NCBI GenBank assembly: GCA_965200315.1
Contig: OZ241362.1
Location: 5,280,001-5,344,000 of the forward strand
DNA from: Candidatus Latescibacterota bacterium
GTDB lineage: Bacteria > Latescibacterota > UBA2968 > UBA8231
DNA: 64,000 nt
Direction: 5' to 3'
Below, piece after piece: positions 56,485-64,000 of this stretch; the stretch's first letter is position 1; the number at the start of each line of letters is the position of its first letter. The position numbers were made by a program, and so were the translations under genes. The notes beneath the pieces are model-generated. The model saw nothing but the letters and a program-made list of their open reading frames with translations, had not been told where the DNA came from and ran no database searches.

Positions 56485-58391
56485 GACGCGGTCTTAAAAT
56501 TTTACACACGGTGAAGAAGAAAGTGGAAGCTGCTACCAAGAAGGTTACAGCAAAGGCACACATTGAGGCACTATCACCTCCCCTACAGGAAGCCACCCCT
56601 AAAACAGCTCTCAACGCAACCATTGAATCTCTCCTCGCCTTGCGATCCGTTCGAGACCAGTCTGCCGATGCTGGGCTTGATCTATCGACCGACATCGCGC
56701 AGAAGTTGACTTCCCTAGAGGAGGGCTTGATCGACCACCTCGCCGAGCAACGCGAGCATCAAGACGGTATCGGTCTGTTGACCGTATCGGTGGTCGGCGA
56801 CTTCAACTCGGGTAAATCGACTTTCATCAATGCGCTGCTGGGAATGGATGTGTGCCCGGTAGGCGACGAGCCAACGACCGCATCCATAACGCACTTCGTC
56901 CATGGCGACCAAGAACGTATTGAGCGGAAATTGGAGGACGGAACATATATCCCGCTGGACAAGTCGGAATATCGCACATTGGCTCAGCATAAGAAAGAGG
57001 GCGACAGCGGGCCGTACGCCTTTCGCATTGCAGTAAATTCCCCGGTTCTCGATCATATTCGACTTGTCGATACGCCCGGGTTTAATGCCCCGCCCCCAAA
57101 TACGAATGATACCAAGGTGACCGAAGAGGCTGTCACGGAATCTGACGTGCTGTTTGTGCTCATGGATGCCAATAAGGGCAACCCATCGGATACGCTGTTG
57201 GATCAGTTGGATCGGCTGTCGCAAGATTCGACTAACGAGTCTCGTCAACCCGCATTTCTCTTGCTCAACAAGGCTGAAGGACTGCCGCCATCGCAACGTA
57301 GAGAAGTAACGCGTTTCTGCAAGGAGCGGCACGGCGATCTATTTCGCGATGTCGTGCCTGTTTCTGCGTTGCAGTTGATTGAAGCCAAAGACGAGGAACC
57401 ACTTGATGCGCTGGACATCGCAATGCAGCACATGCGATCTGCTTACAAGGCGCGAGTTCCATTTCAAAAAAATATCTCGGCTGAACTGATTGTACAGGAT
57501 TACAGGATCGATATCAGCGGCAACGTGTACGATGTGCCCGCCTCATCGGATTTTGAACTGGCATCCCGCGAACAACTTGCCGAGATGGTGAAGGACGTGG
57601 CAGCAGAACGACACGTCTTGCTTGAACAGCAGTTTCAGCGCAACACCTTGCAATTGCGGGAAGACTGGCAAACGACGCTTTCTGATTTGGAGCAAGCACT
57701 GGAAAGTGCGCTAAGTGAGTCTTCCGGCGGAAGTGATGATGGTGATGTAACCAAACATAAGGAGACGGTACTTGAAGCTATCGAAGAAGCGAAGCGGAAT
57801 ACGATCAATCTTGTCAATGAGATTTTTCAGGGGCTATCTGAGGAAATAGTTGTCAAAAGCAATCGAACTGAAGAGGGCTTTTTTTCGGATACTGAATATT
57901 ATCAAAATCATGTTTACTTAGACAAAGCACCTGACGTAGTGGATAATCACGATAATTGGCGTCGTATATCTGGCATATATCAAGGGCTACTTTCATACTT
58001 AAAAAAGTCTCTTGACATCAACTTAGACTTCACACCCCAAGAAATTGCTGAGTACCTGAAGGAAGAATTTCTTGAGCGAATTCGCGGCACAGTTAAAGCA
58101 GTAGAGCAAGTTTTTCAGGAAGATGATGAATCGGATAAAAGAGGGAATTTTTGGCAGTACGAATATTATGACGAATTTGGAAGAAACGAGCACTTTAACC
58201 GTATGATCTCACATTTTGAGTCGCATGGCGACGACAATCTCAGTGTTTCGATCATTCAAAAGGTGATAGATTATCTGCGGGAAGCCGTCATTAGCACTGC
58301 TGGAAGAAATCAATCACAGGTTGCGGAACGAGCTGAAGAATTGAGGAGACTCCAACAGCGAATCAATGAGATGAAGGAGCATACGCTATGA
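56481..58391 (+). CDS. Bacterial dynamin-like GTPase 2
   Basis: G1 GDFNSGKS, G2 PTTA, G3 DTPG, G4-like NKAE; acidic helical C-terminal half; ATGA overlap. Confidence 0.88.
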   Translation: MRRGLKILHTVKKKVEAATKKVTAKAHIEALSPPLQEATPKTALNATIESLLALRSVRDQSADAGLDLSTDIAQKLTSLEEGLIDHLAEQREHQDGIGLLTVSVVGDFNSGKSTFINALLGMDVCPVGDEPTTASITHFVHGDQERIERKLEDGTYIPLDKSEYRTLAQHKKEGDSGPYAFRIAVNSPVLDHIRLVDTPGFNAPPPNTNDTKVTEEAVTESDVLFVLMDANKGNPSDTLLDQLDRLSQDSTNESRQPAFLLLNKAEGLPPSQRREVTRFCKERHGDLFRDVVPVSALQLIEAKDEEPLDALDIAMQHMRSAYKARVPFQKNISAELIVQDYRIDISGNVYDVPASSDFELASREQLAEMVKDVAAERHVLLEQQFQRNTLQLREDWQTTLSDLEQALESALSESSGGSDDGDVTKHKETVLEAIEEAKRNTINLVNEIFQGLSEEIVVKSNRTEEGFFSDTEYYQNHVYLDKAPDVVDNHDNWRRISGIYQGLLSYLKKSLDINLDFTPQEIAEYLKEEFLERIRGTVKAVEQVFQEDDESDKRGNFWQYEYYDEFGRNEHFNRMISHFESHGDDNLSVSIIQKVIDYLREAVISTAGRNQSQVAERAEELRRLQQRINEMKEHTL

Positions 58392-60373
58392 AGGATTTTC
58401 AAGATTACCAAACGCGCCAAGCTACTCTCTGTGAGTGGTACGACCGCGTTATTGAGAACAATACACTGCTACAGGCAGACGTGGAGGCACTTCAAGAGGC
58501 AAAAGCCAACCTGCAAGACGGTCGCTTTGTTGTAGCGGTCTGCGGCGAGATGAACAGCGGGAAATCGACCCTGCTCAACGCTCTGCTTTTCTCGGAGGAG
58601 GTGCTGCCGAGTCACGTTACGACCATGACGGCCAAGATCGCACTCATGGGAGGGGACGAGACTGAGCGCATTGAGGCCACGCTGTACACACCTGACGAGT
58701 TTCGCCAGGTGGTGGAAGCCAGCAAGCCGGATGAACGCTCCGCACAGGAACTAGCTGAGGCGCGGAAGACTGCTCGGGCGGAGGGGCTCAAGGAGTCTGA
58801 CCTGCTCACCACCCCGGCACAGGTCAAGGCCGAGGAGGGTCTCGATAAGCTCGTTCAGTTTGCGGCGGTATGCAGCCGCGGAGGCATATATAGTGCGTAT
58901 GTCAACTGGGTACAGTTGTGGGCGGATCGCCCGTGGCTCCATCAAGTGACAGTCGCCGATACTCCCGGAACCAATGATCCGAACCCGGAGCGCGACAAAA
59001 TCACCCGCGAGTGGATCCAGCGTGCCGATGCTGTGGTGTACGTCACTTTTGCTGGGCAAGCGGGCATGACCGGTTCAGATGTGAAATTTATCGACGAGCA
59101 CTTGGCACATATCAGTCCCCAGCGGCGCATCATCGCGGTGAACAAATGCGACGAGCAGCTCGACAAAGAGCCCATTCGGAGCCACATTCAGAATATCCGG
59201 GACAGCGGCGACTTGAGGATGAAGTCTCTGTTCGGAGATGACGACCAGATCGTACTCGTCAGTGGCCTCGGTGCGCTTATTTCCGCCATGCAGGAAGCCG
59301 GTCGTCCCCTGTCCGAGGATTTGAAATGGCATGAACGGAAACTATCTGATAGGGGCTATTTGGATCCAGAGCAGCACGGTATCGAGCAACTCCGCAGTGT
59401 CATTGAACGACGAATCATCGTCACCAAAGGCGATGGTATTATCGAGGCGCATCAAAGGCGCTTGGACAGCGTCTTTGAAAGTGCCGATGCGGGTATCTCC
59501 CAAGACATGGCGTTATTGACGGCTAATCTCAATGCTGTCAACGCATCGAAGGAAGAGCGCCGCGAAGAAGCTGAGCGGATAAAAGAAAATATCGCTTCGA
59601 TAGATTCAGTGGTCAGGAACGCGAAGGGTACGTTTGCAAAGGATCTTGACGAAGCACAAGGTCCTCTGCAAGAAAGCATTAGTGAAACGGTTCGTAAGGT
59701 CTCGCAAGGGATCGTCGCCGACCTTAGCGATGTGACAAATATCGACAATATGGCAAATCAAGCGGTATGGAGCATCGAGAGCAATCTGTATAGGGAGCGT
59801 AATGTTCTCGCGAAAGCTATCAGAGATATTGTGAGTAAAATCGAAGGTACGCTCAATCAGGCCGAGAATGAACTCTCCGATAAATTTTTGTCAAGCGGAT
59901 TAACGGTTGACGAAGGGCCACAGTATCACTTACTGCCGGTCTCGTCTCATACCATTTGCAAGGAAGCAGAAGCGGAACTGATCAACAAGCTTGACCGCGA
60001 GACTCTGGGGAACGCTGTGAGCGACGCAACTACTTTTTGGCAGTGGCTTTTTGATACAAAGAAAGGCAGAAGTGCTGCTATTCAGCGGTTGGAAGCTGAA
60101 CTTGGAAAGCGCCTGAAAAAGACTCTTAAGGGACTCTCTGAAGAGACTAGCCGAGAGTTGCAGAAGCACGGAGAAGAGGCTCTTCAGACAATGCAAAAGA
60201 GGGGTCGGCGCAATCTCGAAGAGCGGCATAAGCTATTAAAAGAGTTGGAGAAAGAGATCTCGTCCGATGAGAACAAGCGGCAAGAGATTGACGAGCAGCT
60301 TGTGGAATTAGATCGGCGAAAACTGCAAGTGGACGAACTTAAAGCTGAATATGACCTAGCGAGGAGTATCTAA
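58388..60373 (+). CDS. Bacterial dynamin-like GTPase 3
   Basis: G1 GEMNSGKS, G2 TMTA, G3 DTPG, G4 NKCD; long coiled coils; FWQWLF amphipathic tip; ATGA overlap. Confidence 0.9.
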   Translation: MKDFQDYQTRQATLCEWYDRVIENNTLLQADVEALQEAKANLQDGRFVVAVCGEMNSGKSTLLNALLFSEEVLPSHVTTMTAKIALMGGDETERIEATLYTPDEFRQVVEASKPDERSAQELAEARKTARAEGLKESDLLTTPAQVKAEEGLDKLVQFAAVCSRGGIYSAYVNWVQLWADRPWLHQVTVADTPGTNDPNPERDKITREWIQRADAVVYVTFAGQAGMTGSDVKFIDEHLAHISPQRRIIAVNKCDEQLDKEPIRSHIQNIRDSGDLRMKSLFGDDDQIVLVSGLGALISAMQEAGRPLSEDLKWHERKLSDRGYLDPEQHGIEQLRSVIERRIIVTKGDGIIEAHQRRLDSVFESADAGISQDMALLTANLNAVNASKEERREEAERIKENIASIDSVVRNAKGTFAKDLDEAQGPLQESISETVRKVSQGIVADLSDVTNIDNMANQAVWSIESNLYRERNVLAKAIRDIVSKIEGTLNQAENELSDKFLSSGLTVDEGPQYHLLPVSSHTICKEAEAELINKLDRETLGNAVSDATTFWQWLFDTKKGRSAAIQRLEAELGKRLKKTLKGLSEETSRELQKHGEEALQTMQKRGRRNLEERHKLLKELEKEISSDENKRQEIDEQLVELDRRKLQVDELKAEYDLARSI

Positions 60374-60862
60374 ATGGATAAGATGAACACTGTGATTTTG
60401 GTCGCCGGTACTGCGATCATTGTAGGCAGTACTGTTATATGGTATAGGCATCGCCGTCCCATAAGTCCTTCATCCCCTCCATCCCCTTCATCCCCTCCAT
60501 CCCCTCCATCCCAAGAGCAATGCTCCTTCGTCCAACAACGGATGGAGACCTACCGCGATGAGATGCTCCGCTACGAGCTTGGCCTCGAATACCATCGTCG
60601 TGGGGCATCGCGGGCTGTTTTGCAGAAGTTGCTCGGCGGTGGCGAGGAAGTACTGGCCATGCCGATTCTGTATCTCAATTCCGACGAATGGCGATGGGAG
60701 CAACAACAGCTCCAAGAAGCGGTGGAAGCTGCGCTTGGCGAGCTCGGTCTTTCTGTTCCCCCGGATATTCGCGAGCCGACCACCCAAGCAGCACGCGCCT
60801 GCGAGCAATGGGCCGCTACCCGAGCCAAACGGCTATTCGACGAAGAACTAGGCAGCGATTAA
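60374..60862 (+). CDS. N-terminally membrane-anchored protein with Pro/Ser linker
   Basis: TM VILVAGTAIIVGSTVIWY then RHRR and a (PSS/PPS)x5 linker; ATG directly follows the TAA of GTPase 3. Confidence 0.75.
   Translation: MDKMNTVILVAGTAIIVGSTVIWYRHRRPISPSSPPSPSSPPSPPSQEQCSFVQQRMETYRDEMLRYELGLEYHRRGASRAVLQKLLGGGEEVLAMPILYLNSDEWRWEQQQLQEAVEAALGELGLSVPPDIREPTTQAARACEQWAATRAKRLFDEELGSD
60467..60511 (+). repeat. 9-bp tandem repeat (5 units)
   Basis: CCT(T/C)CATCC x5. Confidence 0.9.
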
Positions 60863-61027
60863 ACGGTTCGCCATCTTGTACACGGAAGATACCTGAAGAT
60901 ACGGCGATCGTCCTATAAGCTCCCCTTTTGATCCACAACAAGGGGTGATCATTGTGCCAGCAGAATTGTGGGGGCCGAGCGGCAGTGCTGTCTTTCGCTT
61001 AGCACTCGGCACCGGGGCAAACGCGGC

Positions 61028-62791
61028 CTATCCCGACAACTTCCGCACGTACACATAATACGGCGCGATGGTCCGCTCGGCGAGGTCGTGAAACGAGGCG
61101 TAGAGCCGGTCCGGGCCAGCGGCGAGGTCCAGTTCAAAACAAGCACTGGCTGCGGCCGGATCGATTTCTTGCTGAAAATTTTGCCCGCCGATGGTTAGCT
61201 GGCCCCAGCCCAAGGCGAGGGCGACCCCACCCTCGTAAGCTGGCGCATTTTTCGCTTGGATGCCGGGGCGATACCAGCCGCTGTCGTCGCCTTCAATCCC
61301 CGCAGTAAGCGCATAGCCGGTTTCCTCGGGCCAGCGCCGCAGCTCAATCTGGTAGCGGCCCGCCTCTTTGACATCGACGGCCCAAAAACCACTCGTTATT
61401 TGCCCGGCGCGGACTTGACGCTGATTCCAGACGGCGCTGCACGCCTCATTGCGGATGTCGTGGGTGGTGAGTTTGGCAGGCCGGTCGTCCCCGCCCAAGG
61501 CAATCGGCTCGTCGCGGTCGAATTGCTCGGAGATGAGCTCCCACCAGTCATCATACTCAGCGCGCAGGTCGGCGACGACGACGGGATGTGCGTCGGCGAT
61601 GTCTTGTCGCTGGCCGGGATCTGTGCCGAGGTCGTAGAGCGCGCGGCCGTCGATGAGCCGCCACTTGCCTTTCATCACCGAGCTCTTGCGCCATTTGACC
61701 GGATGGGCCACGCGCTGGGTGTCGCAGACGTTGATGCGGTCGGACAAAGCTGAATCGTCTGCGCCTTGCAGCAGCGGCACTAGGCTCTGGCCGTGGAAGG
61801 TGCGGCCGGTTGGGACTTCGACTCCGCACAAGTCGAGCAGGGTCGGCATGAAATCCACGTAGCAGGTCAGCGCGTCGATGTCGCGGCCGCCAGCGATGTG
61901 CCCGTTGGGATAGCGGATGAGGAAGGGGACGCGGTGGCCACCTTCGTACGGGGAGCCTTTTTTGCCGCGCATGCCGGCGTTGTAGCTGCCCGGCCCTTCG
62001 CGGGGGAACTGATCGGCGTCTAGCTCGACGCCGGTGGCTGTGCCGTTGTCGGTCATAAAGATGAGGATGGTGTTGTCGGCGATACCCAACTCGTCGAGCG
62101 TGGCCTGCAAGCGGCCGAAGTTTTCGTCGATGTTGGTAATCATGCCGTAGAAGCGGGCGCGTTCTTCGTGTGGGGTGGTATTGCGGTATGGCGCGACGTA
62201 GTGCGGCTTTACGTTGAGCGGCCCGTGCGGCGCGTTGGTGGCGATGTAACAGAAGAAGGGCCGGTCGGCGTTTTCTGCGATAAAGCGCTGGCCCTCGCGG
62301 AAGAACACGTCCGTGCAATAGCCCTCATACGGAGTAGGGACGCCGTTTTTGAAGTAGGTGTCGTCAAAGTAGTCGTTGCCCCAAGGGTCGCCCGTGTTGC
62401 CGATGCCGCCGCCAGCGTGGTACACAGATTCGGCAAAGCCGCGCTCGTGCGGCCGGTAGGGCGGGCTGTCGCCGAGGTGCCACTTGCCGAAGTGCCCGGT
62501 GCGATAGCCCGCGCCAGTGAGCGCGTCCGCGAGAGTCCATTCGTCGGCGCGCAACAGCGAGCGGCCGCCAATAGTGTGCCAGACGCCGGCACTGTTGCAG
62601 TAGTGGCCGGTGAGCAGGCCGGCGCGGGTGGGGGCGCAGGTGGAGCCGACGTGGTAGTCGGTGAAGCGCACGGCATCTTGGTGGAAGCGGTCGAGGCAAG
62701 GCGTGTGGATCGCGCTGTTGCCGTGGCAGCCCAAGTCGCCGTAGCCTTGGTCGTCGGTGAGGACGAAGACGATGTTGGGGCGCGGGGCCAT
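61028..62791 (-). CDS. Arylsulfatase
   Basis: PNIVFVLTDDQGYGD, CAPTRAGLLTG, GKWHLG, DNG and YEGGHRVP motifs. Start at MAPRP. Confidence 0.93.
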   Translation of the reverse strand: MAPRPNIVFVLTDDQGYGDLGCHGNSAIHTPCLDRFHQDAVRFTDYHVGSTCAPTRAGLLTGHYCNSAGVWHTIGGRSLLRADEWTLADALTGAGYRTGHFGKWHLGDSPPYRPHERGFAESVYHAGGGIGNTGDPWGNDYFDDTYFKNGVPTPYEGYCTDVFFREGQRFIAENADRPFFCYIATNAPHGPLNVKPHYVAPYRNTTPHEERARFYGMITNIDENFGRLQATLDELGIADNTILIFMTDNGTATGVELDADQFPREGPGSYNAGMRGKKGSPYEGGHRVPFLIRYPNGHIAGGRDIDALTCYVDFMPTLLDLCGVEVPTGRTFHGQSLVPLLQGADDSALSDRINVCDTQRVAHPVKWRKSSVMKGKWRLIDGRALYDLGTDPGQRQDIADAHPVVVADLRAEYDDWWELISEQFDRDEPIALGGDDRPAKLTTHDIRNEACSAVWNQRQVRAGQITSGFWAVDVKEAGRYQIELRRWPEETGYALTAGIEGDDSGWYRPGIQAKNAPAYEGGVALALGWGQLTIGGQNFQQEIDPAAASACFELDLAAGPDRLYASFHDLAERTIAPYYVYVRKLSG

Positions 62792-62792
62792 G

Positions 62793-63533
62793 CTATTGCC
62801 CCTGTTCGGTACGCCAGGCTTCGTATTCGGCGCGGGCTTCTTCACTGAGCGGGTAGTATTTGCGCAGGTGCCCGCCCTCGGCCAGCTTCATGCGGCTGAA
62901 GTCCTCCCACTCGGCGTGGGCTTGGGCCTTTTCGGTCAGTTCGGGGGCGAGTTGGGCCGGGACGACGGTCGCACCGTCGTCGTCGGCGACGATGATGTCG
63001 CCGGGCATGACGAGGGTGTCGCCGCAGGCAATGGGCACGTTGACTGCGAAGGGGAAGATGTTGGTTTGGGTGTGGAAGTTGGGGGTGGTGCCGCGCAGCC
63101 ACAGCCCGAGGTCGAGGTCTTCGAGCACCTTGGGAAAGTCGCGGATGCAGCCGTCGATAACCGCGCCGATGCCGCCGTGCCCCATGAAGAAGGTGAGCAT
63201 CATCTCGCCGAAGACGCCGCTGTGCAGGTCGCCGCGCGCATCGACGACGATGATGTCGCCGGGTTGGGTGTGGTACAGGGCGTGGCGGTGAAGTTGCTTT
63301 TCCGGGTCGGCGTATTCGTCAACCGAGTATTGGTCTTCGCGCTTGGGCATAAACTGCAAGGTCAGGGCCGGGCCGACGACGTGCTTGCCCGGGGTGCGGG
63401 CGACCGGGCCTTGGATGTGGGGGTCGCGGATGCCGAGGCGGGCGAGCTCTCCGGCTGCGGTTGCGCTGGAGATGGGGGCGAGGGCATGGAGGAGGTCTTT
63501 GGAGGGGCGTTGGATGTCGTTGGTTGCGACCAT
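62793..63533 (-). CDS. RraA/HMG-aldolase family protein
   Basis: GPALTL, DARG..GVFGEMM, DGCIRD and PGDIIVADDDG motifs. Confidence 0.88.
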   Translation of the reverse strand: MVATNDIQRPSKDLLHALAPISSATAAGELARLGIRDPHIQGPVARTPGKHVVGPALTLQFMPKREDQYSVDEYADPEKQLHRHALYHTQPGDIIVVDARGDLHSGVFGEMMLTFFMGHGGIGAVIDGCIRDFPKVLEDLDLGLWLRGTTPNFHTQTNIFPFAVNVPIACGDTLVMPGDIIVADDDGATVVPAQLAPELTEKAQAHAEWEDFSRMKLAEGGHLRKYYPLSEEARAEYEAWRTEQGQ

Positions 63534-63689
63534 GGGGTCTCCTGTCGTTAAGTTACGGGTGATTTGTTTAAGCTAAGAACGAGGTGTTGGCAGGGCCAAT
63601 GCCGAATGAGTAGCAGGGGTTTAAGAGGTGGCCTCTATTGTACATCTGGCAGAGTGAGCGGTCGGGGACGAACCAAGAGGAGATGACCT

Positions 63690-64000
63690 ATGTTGACCCG
63701 CCTGAAAGTCTCTAACTTCAAGAATTTGGCGGATGTGGATTTGTACCTCGGTCCGTTTACCTGTGTGGTGGGGCCGAATGGGTGGGCAAGTCGAACCTGT
63801 TCGACGCGATTCGGTGTCTGAGCGCACTGGCCAACCACACGCTCATGAAGCCGCCGTGCGCGACCTTTTCCACCGCGTAGGAGACCACTATGCCGAGCGC
63901 ATGACTTTTGAGGCCGAAATGATCGTGCCGCGCCGGGCCATCGACGACCTCGGGCAGGAGGCCGAGGCTAGGCTTCCTAGCCTTGGCCTTATTAGAGATC
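63690..64000 (+). pseudogene. AAA_21/SMC-like ABC ATPase, frameshifted, runs off the window end
   Basis: MLTRLKVSNFKN..GPFTCVVGPNG-/-VGKSNLFDAI. Single-G losses near 63781 (inside the Walker A) and near 63848. Confidence 0.75.

Noticed and set aside
63690-64000. Terminal ATPase as a specific defence system (PARIS/AbiE/Septu-like)
   Set aside because: Only a broken N-terminus is visible and any partner gene lies outside the window.

Overview
GC-rich bacterial chromosomal segment. Its gene repertoire (many FlgD-Ig/TPNGDG-tailed exported proteins, 'xVExxSWGRIK' C-terminal tails, Cys-type sulfatases, PhyH dioxygenases, Gfo/Idh/MocA and mandelate-racemase-family enzymes) resembles Ca. Latescibacterota or related FCB-group MAGs; this lineage call is inference only. 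Contents: (1) five paralogous exported discoidin-like/FlgD-Ig proteins, two of them in an operon with an 878-aa exported protein and a TPR lipoprotein; (2) tRNA-Val(UAC) with its promoter and terminator; (3) a defence island at 24.7-34.7 kb: vapBC, then a type I R-M system (hsdM, hsdS, hsdR) interrupted by a zeta-like kinase pair and a HipA-like kinase/HipS-HIRAN pair, the latter bracketed by a 28-bp direct repeat derived from a decayed Fic-C/wHTH gene; (4) sulfatase, carbohydrate and acid-sugar catabolic genes; (5) two solitary Bdr-like 11-aa-repeat membrane-anchored coiled-coil genes, one flanked by a decayed duplicate of its neighbour's 3' end; (6) the best candidate for a novel system, an AT-richer, translationally coupled operon of three dynamin-like GTPases plus a membrane-anchored Pro/Ser-linker protein, with a C14 tract in its leader; (7) many deletion-collapsed or frameshifted gene remnants. 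No CRISPR array, rRNA, integrase or transposase was seen. All calls were made by eye from motifs, with no database searches.
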